The position numbers were made by a program, and so were the translations under genes. The notes beneath the pieces are model-generated. The model was not told the origin of the DNA, did not search any database, and saw nothing but the letters and a program-made list of their open reading frames with translations. From Cyanophora paradoxa CCMP329 (Eukaryota > Plantae > Glaucophyta): DNA of 64,000 bases. This document shows positions 24,174 through 36,200 of this stretch, piece after piece. The stretch's first letter is position 1, and the number at the start of each line of letters is the position of its first letter. The stretch lies in the NCBI GenBank assembly GCA_004431415.1, contig QPMI01000637.1, positions 215,910 to 279,909 of the forward strand, in the 5' to 3' direction.

Positions 24174-26157
24174 TCACGGGCCGGGTGCATGCAGGGGAGG
24201 CATTAATATTGGCATCCTCGCGTACAGAGCTGCGGCATCGACTTGGGTCGCTGCAGCTGGCCGCCCTCCGAGGTCCGGGTGATCATGACCTGGCGGCAGC
24301 GCGCGGCCCTCCGGAGGGACCGTGGGGGATAATAAAGGGCCTGGAGGGCCCGGGGGCCGCCAGACCGACGCCGGCACCGGCGCCGGCCGCGGGGGCTGGC
24401 GCGCGGGGTCGGGGTTCGGGAATGGGGTCGGGTGAGAGGGGAACGCGGGCGGCCCGTGCGCGAGCTGCGTCGGATCGGGGCCGGCAGCAGCGCCGGCGCC
24501 GAGCACGTTGGCTTTGGATTAGGGGGGTAGGAGGTGCACGTTTTCGTGGGACAACCGGCGGGCGCTCGAGCAGAGCCCGTGACCGGATGCTGCCAACGGC
24601 CCCGGAGGCGCGAGCTCGAGAGGAGGGAGGGGCAGGCGGGGCGGGGGCAGCCAGAGCAGTGGAGGGCCGGCCACGAAGCTCTGCGGGGGGTAGGGGAGGG
24701 CCGCGGCCGGGCCAGCCTCGGGGGGCGACCCGAGCTGAGGCCGAGGATAGCCCGAGGGCGGCGGGAGCGCGATGGGGATGGGCCCCGGAGGCGCCGGGGA
24801 GGAAGCCATATGGGCCAGCGGGGGGGGAGGGCCGGAGCGGGAGGTGGGGCCCACGGCCAGGCCCAGGGAGGCAGCGACGCGCAGGGACTCTTCCTGGAAT
24901 CGAGCGAGCTCCTCCCGGAGCTGCAGGCTGCGGGCGGCCAGCGAGGGCGCGTACTCCAGATTCAGAGCGCCGGGGCCATGCGCCCCTCTCCGCATCGATT
25001 CCATCGCGTCCAACTGCGCCCTGCAAAACGGAGCGACACGCAATCAGATCTAGAGCGAGCGGGGCGAGGCGGGCGGGCGGACGGGCGGGCTCTGTTAGCC
25101 GGGCTTCATGCCCCGCGCACCGGTAGGCGTGAAGTTCGCCAAGGGTACGAGAGCTCGCCTCGTGATCCGCGGCAGAGGAATGTTCCAGCGGCTGCGGCCA
25201 CGTGCACTCGCCGACCGGGTCCAGCCGCAGGGACGGCCGCGGCGCGGGAGGCGGAGGGGGCCCGGTTGGCGCGCCAGGCGGCTTGTGTGGCGCGGCCCGC
25301 GCTGAGCCCGAGGGATGCGGGGCCACCAGGTAGGTTAGGGGAGGCGGAAGAACGGGTGTTTCAGGGGGCGAAAAGGATTGGAAAGGAACGGGGGGCGGGG
25401 GGAGGGGCGCTAGCGGCGGGACATGGGCCGCCTGGGTGGCAAGGGAGGAGCGGGCGCGCGGGCCCGGGGTCCAGGCCACCACCGCCGTGGCCGCCGGCAC
25501 CGGGACGAGAAAGTCGACAGAGAGAGAGGGCAGCTGCGCGATGGACGCCGCCAGACCCGACAGCGGCCCCGTCGCCGCAGGAGGCAGCGCAAGCGGGGCC
25601 AGCGGGGATGGAAAGCGCGGCGTCGGCGGCCGCGGCGCCGGCGGGGATCCGGAGGCCGGCCCGTGAGGCGTCCCGTGAGGTGCGAAGAGCGGCTGCAGGC
25701 CGCTGATCGCGAGGGGAGCGCGGCTATCTCCAGATTCGGAACCCCGTGGACCTCCCCAGCTCGCCATGGATGGCGCCTGCGGCGGCCCGAGGCCGGCTCC
25801 GTCGCCGAACTCACGAGGATAGGCCTCGCCGCCGGCCGCGGGAAGCCGCCTGGTCTCCAGTGACGCCGGATGGTCCACTGCCGGGTTGCCAGGAGCGCAG
25901 AGCGCAGAAATGGACACCGATTTCGAATTCGCTCGCGCGAGGCGGGATTTGGAGCGCTGGCCGGTCGAAGCGGCCCAGCTGCAGGGGCCCGCGCGTGCAT
26001 CTGTGCCGTACGCGTTGTTTGCGGCGGGAGATGGCCGCCCCGGCTGCGGCTCGGGCCCGTCCGATCCTCGCCTCAGCGGTCGACGTCGCGACAAAGACGG
26101 GACGGCCTCCGGGTCCGCGAGACTCCTTTTGCGACGCTTGAATCTCTTCTCGTCCAA
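24174..26157 (-). CDS. Hypothetical Pro-rich host protein (multi-exon)
   Basis: Start MDEKRFKRRKRS (NLS-like) and a helical segment LAARSLQLREELARFQEESLR. No domain was recognised and the boundaries are uncertain. Confidence 0.35.
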
Positions 26158-26418
26158 GGCAAGGCGCTGATTACCGGCATCCTGCGACGAAAAGGAAATA
26201 AGGAGGCAGGCGGTACTTCAGTCCGTTATCGCATATATAGAATAATATGTACAGTTCTATCTCTCCCGAGCATCTCGACACGAAAGCCGCGGCGCTAGAC
26301 GCACCGACATATATGTATATGCATCGACGGCTGTGGCACATGGCCATGGCTAGCTATAGCGCTGCACGGACCAGCACCGTGGCGGCACGCGTACGGTCTC
26401 ACGCGTACGCGTACGATG

Positions 26419-27290
26419 CACACATAGTAAAATGCGGAGTTTTAACCCTCGGCTTATCTTAATTGATTTTGTTGATATATCTCGTATATTCTATTTCAAT
26501 CAATCGATAATCTGTGTATATCTTATCGAATATTCAATTATTTCGATTATTTTGTATTCTTTTCGATATTTTATCGTAAATTTCTCTTATTTTCCGATTA
26601 GTCTTACTGAGTCTATCGATAATCTGTATATATTTCCGAATAATATAACTGAATCTCAATTAGATCTTGCCTCTGGTTAAAACTCCGCATTTTACTATGT
26701 GTGATTGGTCTAAAAGTTAATTGATTTAATCGATATTATATTCATGTACTTTCTCGATTAAATTTAATTAAATTTAATTCATTTAATCGGAAATATATCG
26801 CTAAACTCGATTAAGATCCATAAAAGATTCATTTGTTAAATAAAACAAATCGATCTCTTATTGAATTCAATCGTAATTATACATGAAACTTATATGTTTT
26901 TATCATTGTTTTATTGAGTCTAAGGGGGGACCCTTAGGAATTTAATGAATAATTGGGTGTCACAGGTGTCACAGGTCCATCCAAACTTTTGGAAATTCAC
27001 TCTTTATAGGAGAAACTTTGGGATAGACCTGTGACACCTGTGACACATACCATATTCAGTAAGGACCTCATATATTGTTAAAATCTCAGTGTTAGTTGGT
27101 GTAGTTGATTCAAAAAATGCATTTTATACTCTGATTCATTGTTATTTCCTGTGAAATTTGAGTCAACTCAACCCACTTAGTCAACCCTTGCATTGAATTC
27201 GTAACAAAAATCCATATACTATTACTACTTTTACGATTAATATGAGTCAACCTAGAGTCCACTTTAATATAAATATTATATAATAGGGGG
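26419..27290 (+). repeat. Left terminal inverted repeat (~870 bp)
   Basis: Reverse complement of 53061-53927, nearly identical except for the loop of the tgtcacagg hairpin and a few substitutions. Confidence 0.95.
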
Positions 27291-27508
27291 GATCAAGGGG
27301 AATGTTGAATTTTACTGTAATGAAATCGAACATTATTCCAATTACTTACAATAGAATTCTATCGTAAAAAATGTCCGGAATCCGGAAAATAATCATTGTA
27401 TAAAGCTACTGTAGTGAAAGGATATATTATATCTTTTTGTTACAGTAGCTTATCAATGTTATTGTTAGAAAACAAAGGAATCCTTTAGAAATTCATTATA
27501 GAAACCCA

Positions 27509-27907
27509 TCAAAACGGGAATCTATCATGTTTATGTCTCTCAGTCTTCTCAAATGTGAGGAAATTCATTGTTTTATCGATCTCATCTGCTACTGATTGTG
27601 TTTTATGCTGAGCTTCTTTACCACAACTGAATATATCAATTGCTAACATGCCTTCATTGGAATAACAATGAGCTGTACAATGGCTTTCATCTAATAGCAG
27701 AACCAAAGCAAAACCAGGAGGTGATAGTTTGCCATCAAATATCTCACAATGTTTATGAACAATCCTAATACCTTGTCTCAATACTGCTTGTTCAAGGGTT
27801 CCCATAATCCAATTACCTAGGAAGCTTACATGTTCATGTCCTGTTGCAATAGCTGATTTAGCCTTGTAATCAAGCATAACATGAAAGCCTCTGTATTTAG
27901 TCTCCAT
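27509..27907 (-). CDS. speD: S-adenosylmethionine decarboxylase proenzyme (prokaryotic-type, pyruvoyl)
   Basis: N-terminal GFHVMLD, then PPGFALVLLLDESHCTAHCYSNEGMLAIDIFSCG: the E|SH self-cleavage site and DxFxCG motif; 132 aa. Confidence 0.85.
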   Translation of the reverse strand: METKYRGFHVMLDYKAKSAIATGHEHVSFLGNWIMGTLEQAVLRQGIRIVHKHCEIFDGKLSPPGFALVLLLDESHCTAHCYSNEGMLAIDIFSCGKEAQHKTQSVADEIDKTMNFLTFEKTERHKHDRFPF

Positions 27908-27936
27908 TAAGAATACCTTAGAAAAATGAATTAATC

Positions 27937-28209
27937 CTAATCGAACCTAATGCAAATATCCCTATATTCCACTGTGATTGATGAAGAAGCCCTTTTCCTG
28001 TAAGCCTGAGAATGTTTTTTGTTGCATTCCCTGCAACCTGATCCCTTCACATGATTAAAGGGATAGGTAAGGATCACCTTATTACACTGCAAACATCTAA
28101 CAGATACTTTCTCTTGAGCTTTGATGTAATGTGTCTCACTGTAATCGAATTTATCTTTACCATGAACTGTCATAGCAGCATCAATAAACTTTTTTGTTTT
28201 ACTATCCAT
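27937..28209 (-). CDS. Zn-ribbon protein, DUF723-like repeat common in large DNA viruses
   Basis: FIDAAMTVHGKDKFDYSETHY..KVSVRCLQC..PFNHVKGSGCREC. Confidence 0.65.
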   Translation of the reverse strand: MDSKTKKFIDAAMTVHGKDKFDYSETHYIKAQEKVSVRCLQCNKVILTYPFNHVKGSGCRECNKKHSQAYRKRASSSITVEYRDICIRFD

Positions 28210-28231
28210 ACTCTATATATAACCAATATTC

Positions 28232-29065
28232 TTATGGAGCAGTATCCTGCCCAAAAATGGGGAAATATCGATTTGTGCCATAATACTCAGCATAGGTATT
28301 CTGCCTTGCAATAAAATCGGTTCTCTCAGCATATAATACACATTTGTATATACCAAACTTGGTGGCTCTCACTAAGAACTGATAATCTTCCAAACCGAAA
28401 TTGACTCCATGATAAGCAATACCAAAATTATCATATGGGGTGATCACAACTGCAAAATTAGGAGTTCCACCCTCTACTTGACAAAGAGCATAAACATCAG
28501 GTGGAATATCAACAACTACCTTATAGTGGTCACCAATCTCAACAAGAGAGTCTACTACTGCTGTTTGTTCATTCACAACAATTGGGAATATCTTGATTAT
28601 ATAGGGGGCATTCATGCTGGGGACATAGGTTCGAATTCTTGTATTGGGATCAATGGGATTGGGTTGATCATTCACAAATAAAGGCGCTCCAACAGCCCCA
28701 CCAACCCTAAGACCATCACCAATATAAGCTCCCCCCGATTTGCAGTTAATAGCTCCAGACCTAGATTCAAAAGAATAAGTAGACAGAGGATCTCCATAGC
28801 TATCTGGGTCTCCATAATGAGCAGAAAAGTTTGCATTGGTAACAAGTAGCTTAGTTGTCTTAACTAATCCATTATTTTTATCACATCTGAGTTCCTGCAA
28901 TCTCAGTTTGTGGGTGGAACCAAAGGTGTTCATTGTAGGTTGGACCTCTGTGGATGGGAGACCCTCTACATCATCAAATGTAGCATGCTGCAGAACATGG
29001 TTTGCTGGGGCAGCTAATGATAGCTGTGGTGTAATAATTCGTTCAAGTGGGGGTTGCTCAGCCAT
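28232..29065 (-). CDS. Hypothetical virion/fibre-associated protein, paralog 1
   Basis: Intact 277-aa ORF. It shares ELRxDKNxGxVKTTxLLVTNANF with the next gene and has a C-terminal VITP..YxCVLYAERTD resembling fibre C-termini. Confidence 0.6.
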   Translation of the reverse strand: MAEQPPLERIITPQLSLAAPANHVLQHATFDDVEGLPSTEVQPTMNTFGSTHKLRLQELRCDKNNGLVKTTKLLVTNANFSAHYGDPDSYGDPLSTYSFESRSGAINCKSGGAYIGDGLRVGGAVGAPLFVNDQPNPIDPNTRIRTYVPSMNAPYIIKIFPIVVNEQTAVVDSLVEIGDHYKVVVDIPPDVYALCQVEGGTPNFAVVITPYDNFGIAYHGVNFGLEDYQFLVRATKFGIYKCVLYAERTDFIARQNTYAEYYGTNRYFPIFGQDTAP

Positions 29066-29088
29066 TTTACATTAAAGGGATATATCTT

Positions 29089-29934
29089 TTATGGGGTGGG
29101 TTCATCAATCACATCTGGCTCCATGTAAAACCCTGTAACTGAAAGAGTATCAGGAGTTACACCTCTAAGAGCTGATACAGCGGCTATATCTGTTCTCAAA
29201 CCGATAAGAGTTATAGTATATAACCCAATATCTGTAACAAACAAGTCAAAGGTGAAATTATTATTATAAACACAGTAGCCATAACCGAAATGATTATATC
29301 CCTGAACATTGAAATAGTATTTATGACCTACTTGATTGTTGTTGGCTCTACAAAGGGAAAGCATTGCAGATGGAATTGCAAGACCTCTCAGTACTCTTTT
29401 GGTTCCTTCAATTAATTCCGAGTTTTCAAGAGTAACAGTATATCCAATGTAAAATTGAATTAATGGCTGCTGTGCGACAGGAGTATATAATCGAATTCGT
29501 TGGGGGTCTTCCACATTTTGCTCTAGAGTATCTGGGACATCATTATACGAAATGGAGGATGAGAGTTGACCTGAAACTCTGCAGCCACCCCCAATAAATG
29601 CTCCTCCTGATCTCACAGTAACAGCAGCAGTATTCTTATCGAAATCTAGGGCTTTCAGATCAACACTGTAAGCATCAGGACCTCCATTTGTAGGCTGGAA
29701 GAAGTTTGCATTAGTCACAAGAAGTCGAGTTGTTTTAACCACACCAGAATTCTTATCAGCTCTCAGCTCTTTAACTCGAATAATCGAATTCTTATCAAAG
29801 GAGTTGCCATTGGAATTGGGTCTCTCTGTGGATTCTAAACCACGAACCTCATCATTTACTTCATGCTGGCGAAAATGCATTGCAGGGGATCCAAGGGAAT
29901 ATATAGGCAGTTGAACTCGATTATATTCACCCAT
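29089..29934 (-). CDS. Hypothetical virion/fibre-associated protein, paralog 2
   Basis: Intact 281-aa ORF, colinear with 28232-29065 along its length. Confidence 0.6.
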   Translation of the reverse strand: MGEYNRVQLPIYSLGSPAMHFRQHEVNDEVRGLESTERPNSNGNSFDKNSIIRVKELRADKNSGVVKTTRLLVTNANFFQPTNGGPDAYSVDLKALDFDKNTAAVTVRSGGAFIGGGCRVSGQLSSSISYNDVPDTLEQNVEDPQRIRLYTPVAQQPLIQFYIGYTVTLENSELIEGTKRVLRGLAIPSAMLSLCRANNNQVGHKYYFNVQGYNHFGYGYCVYNNNFTFDLFVTDIGLYTITLIGLRTDIAAVSALRGVTPDTLSVTGFYMEPDVIDEPTP

Positions 29935-29973
29935 TGCTTCTTTTACTAAGAAGGAAAGAAAAATAAACTACCA

Positions 29974-30279
29974 TCAAGCCAAAGTGATTAAATTCGATCC
30001 AAGGGATTGGTAAACAGTTGAAAGAACTTGCAGGTTGGATGTCATTGCTTTAATGTTGTTGTCACACTCAGTGTATTTAGCAACAGGGTCACCATATGCA
30101 GCTTGAGCAAGGACATTAACCAAGAGGTTTTTATACTCATTTACAACTGGCGAGAGCTTGTTAGTTTGCTGAATCGTTTTTTCAACTGTTTGTAATGCGT
30201 TTACAAGGGTGATTGTATCAAAAGAAAGCGCAACTGGCTCAGTAGAAAAGGTGGTTCCACCAAGAGGATAGGTCGCCAT
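29974..30279 (-). CDS. Small helical hypothetical protein
   Basis: 101-aa ORF whose start lies 3 bp after the fibre stop codon, on the same strand. Confidence 0.55.
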   Translation of the reverse strand: MATYPLGGTTFSTEPVALSFDTITLVNALQTVEKTIQQTNKLSPVVNEYKNLLVNVLAQAAYGDPVAKYTECDNNIKAMTSNLQVLSTVYQSLGSNLITLA

Positions 30280-30282
30280 TTA

Positions 30283-33200
30283 TTATACTGTGACATTTTT
30301 AATTTGATCTATTTGATCTTGTAGACCCTTGCATTTCTTAGATAATTCTTTAACGGCTTCTATGAGAACTGGAATTAAACCCGTGTATTCGAGAGCTAAG
30401 TAGCCATCATCTTGTTTTGCTCTCACAACTTCTGGTATTACCTGTTGCACATCTTGCGCAATTAAACCTAATCTTGTTCCGTCTTTTTCACTTCCGATTC
30501 GTTTAAAACTCACTCCTTCCAATTTCTCAATCGCTGAGAGAGCGCCCGTTATCTTTTTAATATCGGTTTTGTATCTTCTATCGCTACCTTGTCCGAGATA
30601 GTTTCTAACCCACATGTAACCGTCGTCATTTATAAATGCTACATGTGTATCTATCGTATTCCTAAACTCTACTACTGTTGTTGTATGACCTCTAATGTAT
30701 GTAGTTCCTGCTGAACCGAAATATACTCTTTCATAATCATCACTTGATCTAATCCAATCTCCGGTAGCCCAAGTTGCGCAATCTGGTTTACTAAAAACGT
30801 TATCCCAACAGATCGTCCCATTTGCTGGTGTGGTTCTTCCTTTTTCTTTTGTCCATCCAACCATACCGATGTAACACCGCCCTTTACTTGCAACAAATCT
30901 TACGTGTGAAAAGTTATCACAAGCAAAGGAAGCCCACGCCAACCCATCGTGATAATCAGAGGTTCCATAATTTGCGATAGCCTGGTAAGTATTTACACGC
31001 ATAATGTGGAACCATCTACCCGATCGATAACCTCCAATATCGAAATATCTACAATTCGTCCAACACAAGTATTGAACGTGACATGTTTTCATATTTGCTG
31101 GTTTTTCGATTTGCGCCCAATCACCACTTGTCGTATCATCTGAAATACTGCTATAAAATCCATCCACGGGATTATCATAAGAAGCCGTCCAACCTGACAC
31201 CCAAGATCCACTAAATGATAGACCGCCACTACCTGTCCCACTCCAAGTATCAAAGCCTGTAATGTTTCCAACTAAATTCGTTGTTAGTAGATTTGGCTTA
31301 CTATAAATGTTATCCCAAGAAATAAACCCTGTGTGACCACCATAAGAACTACTATTAGCTCGATCATGCGTAAAACCAATTCCCATAATGTGTACTCTTC
31401 CAACTCTCGGATAAATACGGAGGTGAGTAAATCGACCGGCAAGGAAAATTGGGACATTGTTTAACCCGTTGTGGTGACCGTCTGCATTACCATCATGTGG
31501 CTGATAGTTATTTACTCTTGTAATAAATACTATTGCCCCATTACTACGGACTCCCCAAATCTCAAAGTAACGGCAATTATACCATGGTAAATGTGTAAGG
31601 TATGCTGTTCCATTCACTAATGCGGTGGGAATTGTATACTGAATCCAAGTTGTTGTAGACACTTCATCTTGACTTTCACTATTATACACATGACTACCAT
31701 AATTATATCCTGGATCCCAAGCTGTTCCATACCCAACCGACCAAGTTCCGCCCGATGAATGATAAGCACCACCCGCTACTGTGTCGTCGAAACCGTAAAA
31801 TTTCGGAATCTCATAACCATTTCTTTTCAATGTTGCAACATCTATGGTTGTTGCACCAATGGTGGTAGCGCTTATTGTCGGAACTGTCAAAGTGTTGTTT
31901 ACCCAAAGGTTACCATTGTTATAAGATTTTAAAATTGCTCCATCTGCTGAATTTCTAAATTCAATCGAAACACCATCACTATTTCCATAACCTCGAATAT
32001 ATGTCGTATTACCATTTCCAAACCATATTCGCTCTATGTTATCTGTTGATTTTAACCAAGTGTTTGTAATCCATGTTGCCGTTCCTGGAAGGTCTGTGGC
32101 TGAGTAAAATGATGGTTTGCTATATACGTTATCCCAACTTATCATACCATTTGCTGGTGCTGTTCTTCCTACCTCTTTTGTCCATCCAAACATTCCAATA
32201 TGAACACGTCCTTTTCTCGCAACAACTCTAATATGTGTAAAATTCCCACAAAATACGGAAGTCCATAATAAACTGTCGTGCCAATTTGTATCGGCTGTGT
32301 TCGATACATTCTGGTAAGTATTCACTCTCATAATATGATTCCATCGACTGTTGCGGTATCCTTGAATATCGAAATATCGCCCATTTGTCCAACATAAATA
32401 CTGAATGTGACACGTTTTCATTCCTGCTGGAACTGTAATTTGCATATAATCGCTACTGGTTGCATCGTCTGTTGTGCTGCTATAAAATCCTTCTACTGGG
32501 TTATCTGTTGTAGGTTTCCATGCTGTTGTCCAAGTTCCGACAAATGCAACACCTGTGCTATTCCAACCACTCACCACATCAAAATCGGAATATTTACCGA
32601 CAGGATTAAAAGCGATATTATCATAATGCAATAATCCAACATCATTATCAATTGCTCTTTGTCGACTCCAACCGAAAACACCCGTGAAATAAATTCGACC
32701 TTTCACACCTTTTACCAAAATCTTTTTGTAAAAGTCACAATTTATGGAAGTAAATACAATACCCGGATAAGTCCCATCTTGAATTGCGGTATTTTGGATG
32801 GCTTGATAGTTATTCACACGTCGTAGGAAATGTTGATGTCCATTAACGGTTTCACCGTAGACATCAAAATATCGACAATTAACCCATAGTAAAAGTTGAA
32901 TGAAAAACGATTTCATACCCTCTGGGATCGTCCAACGCATCCAACAACCGCTGCTATCTGTGTCATTTTCAGGTGTTGTATAACATCCTGTTAGTCCCGT
33001 TCTTTGTCCTGTCCAATTGATTGTCCAATTATTTGCGCTTCGATCTGTTGAAACAGTATCCAATTGATCAAATTCAAAACCTTTTGGTATTGTGTTACCA
33101 CCAAATTGTAGAGTGGTAGCATTCACAGTTCCATTAACAGTTCCACCTGTAAGAGGTAAATAATTCCCAAGAGCTGCTGTCAACTCTGCATCTGTTGCAT

Positions 33201-36200
33201 AACTGCTTAAATCTGCAGAGGTAAGATATCCTTTATTGGTAAGGTAATCATCTGTAACGACACCTGAAAGGGTTGTATTGTGTAAGTTTTTCGCCGCCAT
33301 TCTCTGATTGACTTCTAAGGCGCCACCTGATGTCGTTTTAATCCACGCCATCTCACATTTCCCGTGATCATCTGTGGGTTGTCCCGCAACGGGAAGATAG
33401 TTTACAACTTTCTCCCTTGTGAATACTATTTTAGGTCTTGCTCCATCATATGCGCTTTGATCTGTTACATTTACTTGTATCGCTGCTGAAAAATCCGCTA
33501 CTTGTCCTATTTCTCCTGGGTGATAATTCGTAACATAGATACTGGGGAAAGTATCATTTACTCCTACATTGAAATCGCCACTATACACTCCATTTACAAT
33601 TGGATCTCTGGGTAATCTTACTGCAAGAGTTCCCACCATTGGAGTGCCTGTTTGACCTGTAAAAGTCCCATTGAGACTAACATAATGATCATTCAAATAC
33701 AATCTTTCAGGTGTATTACTCGATTGGTAAAGTGTGACTCCATTGAAAACATTTCCGATTGCATTTAATTGTGCAAACACTGGTTGTTCATCTATTTCAT
33801 TCCAAGGATGTCTGTGGTTGCAGTTGGTGATCTGGGAATAATCATGACTATGTGGATCAGGTGGAAAGGTTAATGGTGGATTTGTTATATGCTCCCATAA
33901 ATGCTCATGGGGACTGGGTGGGAAGGTTAATGGTGGATTTGTTATATGCTCCCATAAATGCTCATGTGCAAAATCTGTTATTTCATCTTTTGTGTGGGTG
34001 TGGTTATCGATCCAACCTAAAACTACATTGGATGTAGGATGATTTGGTAGATTCGCTTCAATATTCACAGTCAAATAGTCGACTTCTAGATTACTTCCAT
34101 AAATATTACTTGCCCACAGGTTACTTGTGAAAATGTTACTTGTATAAAGGTTACTGGTGTAAATGTTACTTGTGACTGTAAGGTTTGTGTCATTTTTGAT
34201 CACAAAAAGAGAAAGAATATTTGTGAGTTCACCTTCATCAATATATCCTTGATCTTCTAAATAATCCTCTGTGACCACTCTCGAAATATTTTCGTTGTGT
34301 ATGTTTTTTGCAGCCATCCTCTGATTGGATTCCAGAACCCCACCATAGTTGGTTTTAATCCATGCAAGCTCTGCTCTCCCATAATTATCATTTGCAGTTC
34401 CCACTATGGGAATGTAGGAATATTTATCTCTGCTGAATACTATCATTGGTCTTGAGCCATCTAAACTGCTTACATCTGCTACATGAACCTGTATAGCAGA
34501 GTTGTAATTTTGGTAGGTTGCTGGGTCTGTTGGGACTCTGAATGTATCTGTGGGAATGTCAGCCTCCATGTAGCTTGACACAAAGATATTTGGTATGGTT
34601 GCTCCTGGTTCAGGTGGTGGATTATAAGAGCCTGGTAATGTCCTAATATGAAGTGGTCCTCTCATAGCTGAATTAGCAAGTGTCCCATTCACATGAACAT
34701 AGTGTTCATTCAAAAAGATCCTTTCTGGGACATTACAAGTCTGATAAAGAGAAACCCCCAAGTTATCAAGAGGCTCTACCTTTGCGAATTCTGGTTGGTC
34801 ATTGATCTCATCCCAAGTATGTTCATGTTTGCTTGGTGGGAACTCAGTAGGTATCCCATCAATTTCTCCCCAATCATGCCTGTGATCCTCTGGTGGATAC
34901 TTTTGAGGTTTGCCTAAGATCTCATCCCAATCATGATTGTGATCCTCTGGGGGATACTTTGCAGGTTTATTATTAATTTGTTCATAATCAGGAAAGAACT
35001 CCCAGATCTCAGGTCGAAATCCATCTGGTAATAATTCCTCATGGGGTTCATAAGGTTGCTCATAGTCAACAGCTGGTGGATCATGACCATCTGGTAAATA
35101 CTCCTCATCAGGTTCATAGTTCTGCTCATACTCAAACTCTTGAGGATCTAAGCCATCTGGTAGTATCTCCTCCTCATTGGGGTCAAACTGATCATACTCA
35201 TATTCTTGTGGGTCGAAACCATCTGGTAAATACTCTTCCTCATCTGGAACGAATTGATATTCATCAAGCTCTAATATATCGACTTCAGGAGGTAAATACT
35301 GCTCATCTATTTGCTTTCTGGGTTCAATTATAGGTTTATTGCGAACTTGCTCCCAACTAACAATATGCTGCCCAAAGGCTACATCTTCAGTTGCTGTGTA
35401 TTCTCTTCCAGGCTGTTTCTTTGGTGTTAAATCGGGTGGTCCATTGGGAAATGGAATAGGGAATGGGACAGTAGGTCCATTGGGACCATAATGCTCAATG
35501 ATTTCCCTTAGAGTTTTCTCACTTACAAGCTTCTCTCCATTTGCATACACATTGCTGCCATGGATATTTCGCCATTGCCTGGTTCGAATTCCAAGGTCTT
35601 TCACATTGCTATACAAAGGCAAAAGGTGCCTATCCATTTCGACTAAATCAGGATGTAAATGGATTGCTACTGGCTGACTGGGGCTACTGTTGATTGTAAT
35701 TGATGGCTTTTTTTGATGGACATCTTTTGGAGTAAAGAAACCAAAAGGCTCATTTCTTGCAAAGTCATATGTAATATCCTTGGGGTAGACATCATTTGTG
35801 TAGGAGACCTGATTTGTATTGGCAATAGGACCAACTTGCAATACCTGGGGGACCTCTGCTTTTGGAGTGCTGCCCTCATTGTAAATTCGCAAAGCTGTGT
35901 TCTGTTTGCCCTGCTCATCTTGAACATTGAAAATCAATCGACCACTATCGAACCTGGAAGGTATATCTGGGTGAGTGCCACTGGTTTTTAGTTTCCTAGG
36001 TCTCCTTCTTGTTGCTTTGATCTCTGCTACTTGGTTGGCTTTCACATTACCCAAACTAAAAGCAACACTGACATCCTCTTTATCTGGATCGGTTTGATTC
36101 ACAGATAAAGCATGCTCCCTCGATTGAGTCTTAGAAGAATTATCGGAGCTGTGGTCGATTGAAACTGAACCCTTTACTTTAATGTTATCAAAGTTCACAT

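Noticed and set aside
26432-26680. 82-aa ORFs in both TIRs (also 53666-53914)
   Set aside because: These are chance frames in AT-rich repeat DNA, duplicated only because the TIR is.
30780-33080. Repeated fibre head domains as the template/variable repeats of a diversity-generating retroelement
   Set aside because: All copies are in-frame coding domains diverged at all base types, and the element has no RT. The only RT in the window is a truncated LINE 25 kb away.
33790-35310. Regularly spaced repeats resembling a CRISPR array
   Set aside because: They are degenerate codon-phase repeats within the fibre ORF, with no unique spacers and no cas genes.
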